A stretch of 64,000 nt of DNA from a virus (Duplodnaviria; Caudoviricetes): positions 1-64,000 of IMG/VR virus record IMGVR_UViG_3300001517_000002, one strand, 5' to 3'. A program made the translations under genes and the position numbers. Below are positions 1-10,569 of this stretch, in pieces (the first letter of the stretch is position 1; each line of letters opens with the position of its first letter). The notes under the pieces were generated by a model. It was not told the DNA's origin. It did not search any database and saw nothing but the letters and a program-made list of their open reading frames with translations.

Positions 1-1
1 G

Positions 2-166
2 GCTTGTAAACGTAAGGTTAAGCGACCAAAGTGTAGCTGCTGGCAAAAGGGACATTGGTATATAAAAGATATGGACACTTGTTTAGGGACAAGAGAACAA
101 GACCCTTGTGACTGTAAGGGAGATACAAATAAATGCAATTATTATCCTGAGAAAAAAAATAGATAA
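2..166 (+). CDS. 3' end of a Cys-rich hypothetical protein (partial)
   Basis: Own translation of frame 2: ...CSCW...CLGTREQDPCDCKGDTNKCNYYPEKKNR*. Confidence 0.6.
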   Translation, partial: ACKRKVKRPKCSCWQKGHWYIKDMDTCLGTREQDPCDCKGDTNKCNYYPEKKNR

Positions 167-170
167 ATAC

Positions 171-262
171 ATACATTTTGTGCTTGACAAAGTACAAAAT
201 GTATGTTATAATATAGAAGTACCAAGAGAAATTATTTTTTATTTCTCACAAAGTACAAAATG
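171..262 (+). promoter_or_regulatory. SigA-type promoter P1 with palindromic operator and downstream motif copy
   Basis: TTGACA 184-189, 17-bp spacer, TGn-TATAAT 207-212. Inverted repeat 171-204. ACAAAGTACAAAATG at 187 and 248. Confidence 0.9.
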
Positions 263-283
263 AATTGAAAGGAAAGATTTACA

Positions 284-1342
284 ATGGCAGAAAAGAAGAA
301 CAACGCACCACACGACCTTCAGCAGACAAAGGGACAGTTCCAGTTTAGAGGTATTGTAACAGGAACAGATAAGGACAACTTCTATGTTGACAAGAATACA
401 CAAACTGGCAAGCCGTTTAGAGCAATCTCCTTTGGTGTCGAATACGACAAGGATAAGAAGGATTATATCTCTCTTAATGGTATGGAGAGAGAAAATGTAT
501 TCTTCTCCAAGAGAGAAACTGTCGATGGCAAGACAAAAGTAACTACTGAAAAGGTTGCTTGGAAGGACAGATTCGATTTTAAGAAGGAGGGATTCGGTCT
601 TATCGGTGTAGGTCTGGGACTTGAAAAGACAACAGACTCGAATGGTAAGGAAGTAAACAAAAAGGTAACTCTTGTAGAGTTCGATGCTTGCGACCACATT
701 AAGAATCACCTCGAAGATGGACAGAGTGTATTTGTAAAGGGCAATATTGATTATAGTACATATGATAATAAGCACTATACCAAGTTTGTTCCCACTCAGA
801 TTTCTCTTTGTTCTAAGGACATTGATTTTGAGGACGAGAAGTTTGAGCCTAATCACCAGTTCACACAGCAGATAGTGTATATGGGTATCAACAAGGACAA
901 GGAGTGCAAGGACAAGGATAGATTCATTATCTCAGCTAAGATTATTGGTTATAGCTCAATTGAAGATGTAGAGTTTGTAACCTACAATTCTAAGCTTGCT
1001 AATACATTAAAGAAAGTTCTTAAACCTTATAATGCTATTACAGTCTTTGGTGACATTGATGTAAATGCTTCTGTTGAAACAGTCGAGGAGGAGGACGATG
1101 GTTGGGGTACTCCCAATAAGATGGACAAGATTAGCAGTCCTTTTGTAAGAGAAATGGTTATTACAGGCGCAGACAAGGAAAGCGTTGATACGGAACTTTA
1201 TTCTGAGGAGTCTGTTGAGAGTGCTATTGCAAAGCTGGCTAACAAGGACAAGGCTAATAAGGAATTTGGTAGCAGCTCTGATGACGATTGGGGTAGCGTT
1301 GGTAGCAGTTCAAACGATGACGAGGATGACGAATGGGATTGA
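284..1342 (+). CDS. Single-stranded DNA-binding protein (putative)
   Basis: First gene of the replication operon, beta-rich, strongly acidic tail DDEDDEWD. Confidence 0.65.
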   Translation: MAEKKNNAPHDLQQTKGQFQFRGIVTGTDKDNFYVDKNTQTGKPFRAISFGVEYDKDKKDYISLNGMERENVFFSKRETVDGKTKVTTEKVAWKDRFDFKKEGFGLIGVGLGLEKTTDSNGKEVNKKVTLVEFDACDHIKNHLEDGQSVFVKGNIDYSTYDNKHYTKFVPTQISLCSKDIDFEDEKFEPNHQFTQQIVYMGINKDKECKDKDRFIISAKIIGYSSIEDVEFVTYNSKLANTLKKVLKPYNAITVFGDIDVNASVETVEEEDDGWGTPNKMDKISSPFVREMVITGADKESVDTELYSEESVESAIAKLANKDKANKEFGSSSDDDWGSVGSSSNDDEDDEWD

Positions 1343-1399
1343 TTTCCCATTCGTTCATACGATAAAATATTAATGTAACACAAAGGAGAGTAATTAATT

Positions 1400-2569
1400 A
1401 TGACAGGTAGAAAAGCAAGTAAGACACAGAGTAAGTTGGCAATTCTTGAATATGGCGCACCGTTCAGTGGCAAAACAACTCTTGCATTGCAGTTGGCATA
1501 TTTCAAAAACCCCGATGGAAGTCCTTTTAAGGTTATGTTCATTGACGGTGAAGGAGGCGGTGCGGACGATTATCTTTCTGACCTCGAAGCCAACGGAGTA
1601 GACCTTAATAATATTTATATGGTATACACACAGTCTCTTAGCGAAGTACAGGAGTGTATTCGCAAGGCGAAGAATGGTGAAGAATTTTACGAGCTTGACG
1701 AGAACGGCAACGAGACTGACGAGGTTGTACTGGATGGTGACGGAAAGCCCTTCAAGCCAGATGCGTTGGTAATTGACGGAGCTACTGTACTTAACCTTTC
1801 AACAAAGCAGTCACTTGTTGAGTTCTCGAAAAAGAGAAGTAGCGTTCGTGCAAAGAATAAGGGACTTGTTGGCGAGGAGCGTCTGGTGGCTATTGATGGC
1901 GCATTTTTGGAACTGAAAGACTGGAATGTACTGGCGTTTAAGGGACAGAATCTTGTGTTAGACCTTATGGGTTCAGGACTTCATTTTGTCATCACAGCAA
2001 GAGAAACAGATGAAAAGGTATCAGTAAAACAGGCTGATGGTTCTGTAACAAGTGTTGTCACAGGCGAAAAAATCCCAGAGGGATTTAAGGGACTGGAATA
2101 CAATGTTAAGACAGTAATTCGTACATTCAGAGATGAAGATGGTCAGGTATGCGCTCATATCAAGAAAGATAGGACTCACGTTCACGAGGACAATACAGTT
2201 ATTACCGACCCTACACTTCTCGATTGGCAGTCAGTTGTTGACAAGACAGCTAAGAATAATTCATTCATAGTCAAGAACTCTCTTGTAGAGTCTGTAGATA
2301 AGGAACAGGAGCTTTACGCTCGTGAAGTTCTTGGCTCTGCTGGTAAGCCTATCGAAAAGACTGAGACTACTTCTGATTCCAATAATTCAACAGACGAACT
2401 CACTTCAATCAAGGAACAGATTTCCGCAATTCAGAAGTCCCTTAACCCCGTACAGAAGTCAAAGGCAAAGGCAGCCCTTACAGATGCAGGACTCCCTACG
2501 GCTATTAAGTCAGTAACAGATATTGAGGTTCTGAAAAAGTGCCTCGAAACAATTTCAAATATTAAGTAA
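1400..2569 (+). CDS. AAA/RecA-like ATPase (Sak4/AAA_24-like recombination protein)
   Basis: Walker A GAPFSGKT, Walker B-like ALVIDG; follows SSB. Confidence 0.75.
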   Translation: MTGRKASKTQSKLAILEYGAPFSGKTTLALQLAYFKNPDGSPFKVMFIDGEGGGADDYLSDLEANGVDLNNIYMVYTQSLSEVQECIRKAKNGEEFYELDENGNETDEVVLDGDGKPFKPDALVIDGATVLNLSTKQSLVEFSKKRSSVRAKNKGLVGEERLVAIDGAFLELKDWNVLAFKGQNLVLDLMGSGLHFVITARETDEKVSVKQADGSVTSVVTGEKIPEGFKGLEYNVKTVIRTFRDEDGQVCAHIKKDRTHVHEDNTVITDPTLLDWQSVVDKTAKNNSFIVKNSLVESVDKEQELYAREVLGSAGKPIEKTETTSDSNNSTDELTSIKEQISAIQKSLNPVQKSKAKAALTDAGLPTAIKSVTDIEVLKKCLETISNIK

Positions 2570-2585
2570 TAAGGTGTGAATAAAT

Positions 2586-3032
2586 ATGGCAAGGATTAGC
2601 AAGGAAGAAAAGGCAATGCGTGATAAACTTATTGAGTTTATATATTCCGAGTATGGAATAACCACTTTACCCAAATACTTCTTTGTGAACCTTGCCAAAA
2701 TTTATAACGGGACATACTCTAAGAATCTTAAAGAGCCTATTCCTGTTGAAGATTTAAGTGATATGTGGCATAAAAAAATGGACTTCCTAAACAAAACGTA
2801 TGAATACAATATGCAACATGGTAAGGAAATGTATGGAACTCAAAGAATCGCATATGACCTTGCTATTCTTATTAATAAGTATGATTCATACAAGCGTTGG
2901 AAAGCCAAGCAAAATGCTATACACGAACAAGAAAAATCATATATTCAACAACAGGCTAAAATTAGAGTTGTTAAGCCCAAAGTTCAAGTCCCAGAAGATG
3001 ATAATATAAGTGATATTATAGATGAGATATAA
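2586..3032 (+). CDS. Hypothetical replication protein (possible helicase loader/accessory)
   Basis: Good RBS, located between the ATPase and the helicase. Confidence 0.55.
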   Translation: MARISKEEKAMRDKLIEFIYSEYGITTLPKYFFVNLAKIYNGTYSKNLKEPIPVEDLSDMWHKKMDFLNKTYEYNMQHGKEMYGTQRIAYDLAILINKYDSYKRWKAKQNAIHEQEKSYIQQQAKIRVVKPKVQVPEDDNISDIIDEI

Positions 3033-3038
3033 AGGACG

Positions 3039-4571
3039 GTGATAAAAATAGAAGCCGTAAACAATGTAACAAATGAAATACTTTTTGTAGGAGCTGTTTA
3101 TAAGAATCCAGAACTACTGGTAGATTATATACAACTCGTCAAGAGTAAGTATGATTTCTATGATGAAGCTACAAGGTTCTTTTATGACAGTGCTGAGATA
3201 ATTTATCAAACACGTTCACAAGAGTTTAAGAACACTACCATTACCACTTATATGTCAGAAGATAAGGAACGACTTACCCTGTTTAAGAAGTATGGTGGTA
3301 ATAAAACCCTTGAAGAATGGAAGAAGTTAGCACAGTTAGAGAACCAGAAAAACTATTATGATATTCTAAAAAAGTATTCTCTGCTTAGAGAGTATCAGCG
3401 CAAGGGCTTTGATGTATCAGGCATTATAGCTCATAAAAAATTTGAAACATTCAATGCGAATGATATATATAGATTAGTTCGTGGTAAGGCAGATAAGATA
3501 CATACTGTTATCCTCGGTAGTTCTGAGACTGAGGTTCTAAATAAAGGTACTAAACAAACATTACTTGACCATATGGCAAGACCAAGCATGGGACTGCAAA
3601 TGCCATTTGCTATACTCAATGATGTGTTTAGAGGAATGAAAACCAAAACTCTTATGGTTGGTGGAATGGTATCAAATGCAGGAAAGACACGTTTTATGGT
3701 AAAGCTCATAGCATATATCGCTTTAGTAATGAGGCAAAAGGTATATGTTATGATTAACGAAATGACAGTCGAGGAGATGCGAGACTGCCTTATTTGTAGT
3801 GTAATTAACAATCCTGAGTTTCAAGAATTGCACGGATTCAAAATTAACAAGAACGAATCCGAACTTGATATGGGACTCTATAAGGATAAGAATGGCGATT
3901 TCATTTATAAGAAAGTAAACGAAGAAGGAGAACCGTTAGAGTCCGATGAAGATTTTATTAGGCGTGTAGAAAAAGATAGCGAAGAATTTAATCAGATAAT
4001 GCAGATAGCTGATTGGATTGATTCTGAAATGCAAACCTCAATATTTGTTGACGATGTGTCGGATGCTTACGATGATAAGACACTTGAATTTAAAATTCGT
4101 AAAGCCAAGATGACCCTTGGTTGTAATTACTGGATGTATGATACATTCAAATCAGATACAGATGATACTGGCGACTGGGCTGCAATGCTTGTCTCTGCTA
4201 CGAAGTTAGCAACGGTAGCTAAAGAAACTGAAACATTCGGTTATTTGTCGATACAGTTGTTGGATGAAATTTCGAGTGTTGACCCTGATAGAGTATCTTC
4301 AACTCATATCGCAAACTGTAAGGCTATCAAACGTGTAATGTATACAATGATGCTTTTTAAAGAAATCCTTCCGAGTGAATTTAAAAAGTATGGTTATCTG
4401 CAAGTTGATGAAAATTGGGGAGAAGCACAGATAAAACCCTTAATTGAAGGACATAGGTACTATGCTTGTAATGTAGACAAGAACAGATTTGGCAGGAAAC
4501 CAAAAGTGATATTTGAGCTTGACCTCGATAAGAATACTTGGTTCGAGTTGGGCGAGTTAGTACGAAAATAA
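3039..4571 (+). CDS. DnaB-like replicative helicase
   Basis: Walker A variant GGMVSNAGKT, INEM, C-terminal DKNRFG arginine finger; upstream of primase. Confidence 0.85.
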   Translation: MIKIEAVNNVTNEILFVGAVYKNPELLVDYIQLVKSKYDFYDEATRFFYDSAEIIYQTRSQEFKNTTITTYMSEDKERLTLFKKYGGNKTLEEWKKLAQLENQKNYYDILKKYSLLREYQRKGFDVSGIIAHKKFETFNANDIYRLVRGKADKIHTVILGSSETEVLNKGTKQTLLDHMARPSMGLQMPFAILNDVFRGMKTKTLMVGGMVSNAGKTRFMVKLIAYIALVMRQKVYVMINEMTVEEMRDCLICSVINNPEFQELHGFKINKNESELDMGLYKDKNGDFIYKKVNEEGEPLESDEDFIRRVEKDSEEFNQIMQIADWIDSEMQTSIFVDDVSDAYDDKTLEFKIRKAKMTLGCNYWMYDTFKSDTDDTGDWAAMLVSATKLATVAKETETFGYLSIQLLDEISSVDPDRVSSTHIANCKAIKRVMYTMMLFKEILPSEFKKYGYLQVDENWGEAQIKPLIEGHRYYACNVDKNRFGRKPKVIFELDLDKNTWFELGELVRK

Positions 4572-4592
4572 ATGAAACGAGGTAGAGAGTAA

Positions 4593-5615
4593 ATGGATAT
4601 ACCAGCAATGAAAGAATATATATTAGAAAACAATTACGCTCCTGTTATTCTTGAAAAGTTGGGCTGTCATCATATTAAAGATAAAGGGGACTATATAAGC
4701 TGTGCCAACAAAGATGGCGATAACCCTAACGCAATCACTCTTTACCTTAATACCAACCTAACGGTTGTTAATTATACACGCACTTTAAATATAAATAAAA
4801 AATCACACGATATATTTGACCTTGCAGAATTTTATTTGAATATAAATTTCTTTGAAGCTGTCAAGCAATTGTGCGATTGGTGCGATTTAGATTACTACAA
4901 GGACTGGAATGAGGACTTACCTGAGAGCTTGCGTATAACTAAGTTGCTTATGGAGCTTGATAATACGACAAGCATAGATGATGACAATACTCCATTGAAG
5001 CCCATTCCAGACCACATTCTTTCTTATTATTATCCGTATGTAAATGATATGTTCAAGAATGATGGCATATCATATGAGATACAAAGACTATTTGAAATAG
5101 GGTATGATGACCAAACAAACAGAATAACAATACCGATTAGAGATGAACTTAATAATTTGGTCGGGGTCAAAGGGCGGTTATTCAAAAAAGAGCTAAAGGA
5201 AGATGATTTAAAATATCTTTACATTGAACCTTGTAATAGAAGTAAGATTCTATATGGTTTAAATGTTGCATTACCACATATACAGCAAAAGGGATTTGTA
5301 TATGTGACGGAGAGTGAGAAGGGAGTCCTCCAATTATGGTCTATGGGTATATATAATTGTGTTGCTACTGGTGGTAAAAAGGTATCACAGTATCAGATAG
5401 ATATGCTTAGTAGGCTGTGTGTTGATATTATATTCTGTTTTGATAAGGATGTAGAGCAAACAGAACTTGAAGAACTGGCTGACCGCTTTATTGAAAGCGT
5501 TAATATATATGCGATTATCGACAAGAATAATATACTTGAAGAAAAAGAAAGTCCGTCAGATAATCCAGACAAATTTGTAGAATTAGAAAGAAATAATAAA
5601 TATAAGATTAGGTGA
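4593..5615 (+). CDS. DNA primase (DnaG-like, TOPRIM)
   Basis: RITIPIRD...GVKGR, LYGLN, VTESEK, CFDKD motifs. Confidence 0.85.
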   Translation: MDIPAMKEYILENNYAPVILEKLGCHHIKDKGDYISCANKDGDNPNAITLYLNTNLTVVNYTRTLNINKKSHDIFDLAEFYLNINFFEAVKQLCDWCDLDYYKDWNEDLPESLRITKLLMELDNTTSIDDDNTPLKPIPDHILSYYYPYVNDMFKNDGISYEIQRLFEIGYDDQTNRITIPIRDELNNLVGVKGRLFKKELKEDDLKYLYIEPCNRSKILYGLNVALPHIQQKGFVYVTESEKGVLQLWSMGIYNCVATGGKKVSQYQIDMLSRLCVDIIFCFDKDVEQTELEELADRFIESVNIYAIIDKNNILEEKESPSDNPDKFVELERNNKYKIR

Positions 5616-5624
5616 GGTTTTGAT

Positions 5625-7328
5625 ATGGAATATAAACTTATAGGTACAAATGATTATAGTAACCCCTTACAGACTTTTCTTGGTAATAGGGGAATTGAAG
5701 ATATAAATAGATATATTAATGTAAGTGAAGATGTGGTTATCCCTTATCAGAATCTCACTGACATAGATAAAGCAGTTAACCTTTATCGTAAACATATTGA
5801 AAACAATTCAAATATAACAATAGTAGTGGATGCAGATGTTGACGGATATACAAGTGCAGCTATGGTATATTCATATACTAAAAATCTGAATCCAGAGTGC
5901 AAGCTGACATACCTTATACACACAGGCAAACAACACGGATTGACCGAAGATATTGTTGTGCCAGAAGATACACAGCTTCTTATTATCCCAGATGCAGGAA
6001 CTAATGATACAGAACAGTGCAAGACTCTTAAAGAAAAAGGCATTGATATAATTATATTAGACCATCACGACAGGGAGATTGATAATCCTTATGCTATTAT
6101 AGTTAATAATCAGTGTAGCGACAACTATGAAAACAAGGAATTGTGCGGTGCAGGAATCGTTTACAAGTTCCTTCAAGCTGTGGACGAGGAGTTGTGGAAC
6201 GAAGATGCTGACAACTACCTCGACCTTGTGGCTCTTGCAAATATCTCAGACAACATGGATGTTCGTTCTTGCGAAACTAAATACTTAATTTCTAAAGGAC
6301 TGGATTTTATTAATAATGCTTTCTTCGAGAAGTTGATAGAAGTTCAATCGTATTCGTTACCAGAAGTTGATATGATAGGCGTTCAATTTTATGTAACACC
6401 ATTGATAAACGCACTTGTTCGTATGGGTTCGCAGGAAGAAAAGGACATTATGTTTAGAGCGTTTATTGGTGATGAATCAGAAACATTTAAATACAAGAAG
6501 CGTGGAGAAAAAGAATTTACACAAGAGAATATTTATGAACACGCTGTACGTTTATGCACAAACGCTAAAAGAAGGCAAAAGACCTTGGTTGATAAACAGC
6601 TCCCTAAGATTATTGAACATATAGAAAATAAAGAACAGGATAAGCACGAAGTAATTATTACCAATGTTACCGATTATGTTGAGAATACTATGACTGGCGT
6701 GTTAGCTATTAAGGTTGCTGAGTATTTTCATAAGCCCTGTTTACTTTTAAGAGAACGAGGAGAAAATAAGTTCGGTGGCTCAGTTCGAGTTCCTGATGGT
6801 AGTCCTATTGATAAGTTCAAAGACCTGTTGAATACTGTGGGCTATTTTAAGGCACAGGGACATCAAGGAGCTTGTGGTGTAGAGGTACACAAAGCTAATG
6901 TAAATGATGGTCTTAAACTCCTTGATAGTTATATTCGCACTAACAATCTTGTAGGAATAGCTGACAAGCCAGTTGATTTTGAGATAGAGTATGACGATTT
7001 AGATATGTCACTGTTTACGAGTATAGCTTCATTGAAGTCATATTATGCTACTGGTTTGAAAGAGTGTAATATTGTCGTGAACAATATTCCTATTAATGCT
7101 GACGATATTGTAATTAAAGGTAAGGATTCAAATACTTGGAGTGTTATGATTTGTGACGAAACTATTGAGCTGATTAAGTTTAGATGCCCTGAGAACGATG
7201 AGCTTTTAAATGGTCTTGGAATGTATAGGATAAACATTATCGGTAAATTTGGATATAGCTTCTTTAAGGGTATCAAAACAGCACAGATTATAGTTGAAGA
7301 TTATGAGGTGGTTTGGGAAGATGATTGA
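5625..7328 (+). CDS. recJ: RecJ-like ssDNA exonuclease (DHH family)
   Basis: DADVDG, LDHH, LCGAG, GSVR, GHQGACG motifs. Confidence 0.88.
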   Translation: MEYKLIGTNDYSNPLQTFLGNRGIEDINRYINVSEDVVIPYQNLTDIDKAVNLYRKHIENNSNITIVVDADVDGYTSAAMVYSYTKNLNPECKLTYLIHTGKQHGLTEDIVVPEDTQLLIIPDAGTNDTEQCKTLKEKGIDIIILDHHDREIDNPYAIIVNNQCSDNYENKELCGAGIVYKFLQAVDEELWNEDADNYLDLVALANISDNMDVRSCETKYLISKGLDFINNAFFEKLIEVQSYSLPEVDMIGVQFYVTPLINALVRMGSQEEKDIMFRAFIGDESETFKYKKRGEKEFTQENIYEHAVRLCTNAKRRQKTLVDKQLPKIIEHIENKEQDKHEVIITNVTDYVENTMTGVLAIKVAEYFHKPCLLLRERGENKFGGSVRVPDGSPIDKFKDLLNTVGYFKAQGHQGACGVEVHKANVNDGLKLLDSYIRTNNLVGIADKPVDFEIEYDDLDMSLFTSIASLKSYYATGLKECNIVVNNIPINADDIVIKGKDSNTWSVMICDETIELIKFRCPENDELLNGLGMYRINIIGKFGYSFFKGIKTAQIIVEDYEVVWEDD

Positions 7329-10300
7329 TACATATAGTAGTTTACATAATCATTCTATGTATTCCTTGCTTGATGGTTATTCTACCCCAGAAGAATACTT
7401 AGAAAGAGCAAAAGAAATTGGACTCAAAGCATTTGCTATCACAGAACACGGTAACGAGTATTCGTGGTGTTATTTTGACAAGCTCAAAGAAAAATATCCA
7501 GATATAAAAATGATATATGGAGTAGAAATGTATGAGTGTTTTGACCGTAGTGTATGCGATAAAACAACAAAATATTTTCACTTGGTTGTCTTGGCTAAAA
7601 ATGAAAAGGGCAGAAAGGCATTAAATCATCTTGTTACTTTATCAAATCTTGAAGGTTTTTATTATAAGCCCCGTATACAGTTAAGTGACTTTGAGGGTTA
7701 TGGCAATGATTTAGTGGTATCATCAGCTTGTCTTGCTTCTAAGCTTGCCAGAGAAGAAGATTATCAAAAGTGCATTGAATATGTCAAAGAATATAAAAAA
7801 ATATTTCCACACTTCTTTTTAGAAATGCAAGCACATAGTAGTCCAGAACAGGCTGAGTATAATAAAAAGATACTTAGGCTTGCCAATGGTACAAGCACAC
7901 CATTTGTTATTACAACAGATAGTCACGCCGCAAAACAAGAAGATTTGTATTATCAAGGTCAACTTGTAAGTATTGCAAGAGATAGTGAAACTGCTTCTGA
8001 AATTTATGAAGGGTGTTATTTACAGTCTGTTGAAGAAATCCATTCTGTTATGGATTCTCAGATTGGATATGAAAATGTTGAACTTGGATTATACAATACA
8101 AATCTTGTAGCTGATATTATAGATGATGTTTCAATGCCGTTTCAGTCTCCACAGTTACCTACTTTCCCACTTCCAAAGGAGTTCGACAATAACTATGACT
8201 ATTTAGTTCATCTCACAGAACGTGGTTGGCAAAAGAGAGGAATCTATTTGCTTACAAAAGATAAGCAAAAGATTTATCGTGAACGCTTAGAGTACGAAAA
8301 GAACATTATTCATACAATGGGATTTGATGGTTATTTTCTTATCGTGTGGGATTTTATTAATTGGGCTAAAACTCACGATGTCAAAGTAGGTGCTGGTCGT
8401 GGTTCTGGTGCTGGTAGTCTCGTGTGCTTTCTTATGGGTATTACTGACCTTGACCCTATTAAATATAAACTTATCTTTGAAAGATTTTTGAATCCAGAAA
8501 GAATAAGTATGCCAGACCTTGATATTGACTTGTCTGATAGAGGCAAGGTAGTTGATTTCCTTGTAGATAAATATGGCTCTGATAGGGTGTGTCAGGTTAT
8601 TAATTTTTCATACATCACTCCTGTCGTTGCCATTAAAGACATAGGAAAGACATTGGGATTCCCTTACAAAGAAATGGACAAGCTCAGTAAAAAGTTTATA
8701 TATCCAACATTCCAAGAGTGTCTTGATAATAATAGTACATTAATAATTGAACATCCTGAGTATGAAAAACTATTTGATATTGCCAGTCATTTAAGTGGTA
8801 GAGTAAAAACAGTATCAATTCACGCTGGAGGAGTAGGTATTGTTGACACCACAATGGATGATTATATGGCAATGAAACTTGGCAAAAACGGTGAACACGT
8901 TATACAAGTCGATAAGAGAATCATTGAAGAAATTGGTATCATAAAGTTTGATTTACTTGGCGTAGCCACATTAAACCTTCTTACCGAGGTACAGCAAGAT
9001 ACTGGACTAAGCGATTATGATATTGATATAAACAATCCTGCTTTTGAGCAAGATATATCTCCTTATGAGATTCTTTGCAAGGCACTTACTGATGGTGTAT
9101 TCCAAGTAGAAAGTGCTGGTATGAAAGACTTGTTGTTGAGGTTACAGCCATCAAGCATGGAGGACTTATCAGCGGTTCTTGCTTTGTATCGTCCTGATAG
9201 CATGGGTGCGCTCGAAGAATTTATTGAGTGTAAACACGATAACTCAAAGGTACATTATATTCACCCAGATATGAAACCTATTCTTGAAAGTACATATGGA
9301 TGTATGATTTACCAAGAACAGCTTCTCGATATAGTAAGAACATTTGGTGGCAGAACTTATGGCGGTGCTGACCTATTCCGTAAGGCGATTGGTAAAAAAA
9401 ATATAGAGCTTGTAAAACAAGAATCTGCAAAGCTTTATCAAGAGATAATAGACAATGGTTATAGTAAGGAAATAGCAGAAACAATAAGTCATGAATTGTC
9501 AACAAAGGGTGGCTATCTCTTTAACAAAAGCCATAGTTTTTCGTATGCGGTTCTTTGTTTCCAAACTGCTTTTTTAAAACAAAATTATCCATTGCAGTTT
9601 TTTAAAGCCTTATTGAATCTTAATATGGATAAGTCAGGTATGATAAACAAATACATTCTTGATGGTCGTGAATTTAATATAGAGGTTGAACGACCTAATA
9701 TAAACCATTCCGTTAAAAACTTTTCTATTTATGATAATAAGGTTTTATATGGATTGTCAGCTATCAGTGGTATAGGCGAAAAGCTCTCAGATAGTATTAT
9801 TCAAGAACGAGATACCAATGGTAAGTTTACAGGACTTAATAATCTTATTGATAGAGTTCCTATTACAGTCGCTCAAATAGTTACCCTTATTAAATCGGGA
9901 GCGATACCTACACGCAATAAAAAACAATGCTTGATTAACTATTTAAAGAACAACTTCCCCAATGAAACATTTACTTACAATCCTGTAAAAACCTATAAGA
10001 CAAAACAAGAAATGTTAGATGTGTGGGGAATAGATGTTGATAAATATAAAGTGGGTAAAAAGGTTGATAAAGAAGCTGTATTAGTCGAGTACAATAAACG
10101 CAAAGAAAAGAAAGAACGCTCAGAGTTTTACGAAAAGCGTGAAAGGCAATATCAGGAATACATTTCAAGTTGCACAGAGAAATATTTGCAAAATGAAGAT
10201 TTCTGGGAATTTGAGGCTTTACAAATATTCTTGTCAAACAATCCGTTTAAAGATGCTTACACATATTTAAGACCATTTGATTCTATCGAAGAAGGTGAAT

Positions 10301-10569
10301 CTTGTGTATTAGTAGGCATAATAGCAAAGGTACAAAAGAAGAAAACAAAAAGCGGTAATCAAATGGCTTTCGTCAACATCTATTCTTCTAACGGATTAAT
10401 CGAATCTGTTGTGTGGAGTTCACAGCTCAAAGAGTTCGAGGACTTAATAAAAAAAGGAACACAAATAGCTATGAAATGCAAAAAAGAAAATGAGTCACAA
10501 GTGGTTTGCGAAAGCATAAAAGATTATAAGGCGTGGCTTAAATATGCTGAAAGGAAACTAAAGAAATGA
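7321..10569 (+). CDS. dnaE: DNA polymerase III alpha subunit (family C, PHP domain)
   Basis: LHNHS PHP motif, GRGSGAGS, RISMPDLDID, IKFDLLG, FNKSHS, C-terminal OB fold. Start set to ATG 7321 after RBS. Confidence 0.95.
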   Translation: MIDTYSSLHNHSMYSLLDGYSTPEEYLERAKEIGLKAFAITEHGNEYSWCYFDKLKEKYPDIKMIYGVEMYECFDRSVCDKTTKYFHLVVLAKNEKGRKALNHLVTLSNLEGFYYKPRIQLSDFEGYGNDLVVSSACLASKLAREEDYQKCIEYVKEYKKIFPHFFLEMQAHSSPEQAEYNKKILRLANGTSTPFVITTDSHAAKQEDLYYQGQLVSIARDSETASEIYEGCYLQSVEEIHSVMDSQIGYENVELGLYNTNLVADIIDDVSMPFQSPQLPTFPLPKEFDNNYDYLVHLTERGWQKRGIYLLTKDKQKIYRERLEYEKNIIHTMGFDGYFLIVWDFINWAKTHDVKVGAGRGSGAGSLVCFLMGITDLDPIKYKLIFERFLNPERISMPDLDIDLSDRGKVVDFLVDKYGSDRVCQVINFSYITPVVAIKDIGKTLGFPYKEMDKLSKKFIYPTFQECLDNNSTLIIEHPEYEKLFDIASHLSGRVKTVSIHAGGVGIVDTTMDDYMAMKLGKNGEHVIQVDKRIIEEIGIIKFDLLGVATLNLLTEVQQDTGLSDYDIDINNPAFEQDISPYEILCKALTDGVFQVESAGMKDLLLRLQPSSMEDLSAVLALYRPDSMGALEEFIECKHDNSKVHYIHPDMKPILESTYGCMIYQEQLLDIVRTFGGRTYGGADLFRKAIGKKNIELVKQESAKLYQEIIDNGYSKEIAETISHELSTKGGYLFNKSHSFSYAVLCFQTAFLKQNYPLQFFKALLNLNMDKSGMINKYILDGREFNIEVERPNINHSVKNFSIYDNKVLYGLSAISGIGEKLSDSIIQERDTNGKFTGLNNLIDRVPITVAQIVTLIKSGAIPTRNKKQCLINYLKNNFPNETFTYNPVKTYKTKQEMLDVWGIDVDKYKVGKKVDKEAVLVEYNKRKEKKERSEFYEKRERQYQEYISSCTEKYLQNEDFWEFEALQIFLSNNPFKDAYTYLRPFDSIEEGESCVLVGIIAKVQKKKTKSGNQMAFVNIYSSNGLIESVVWSSQLKEFEDLIKKGTQIAMKCKKENESQVVCESIKDYKAWLKYAERKLKK

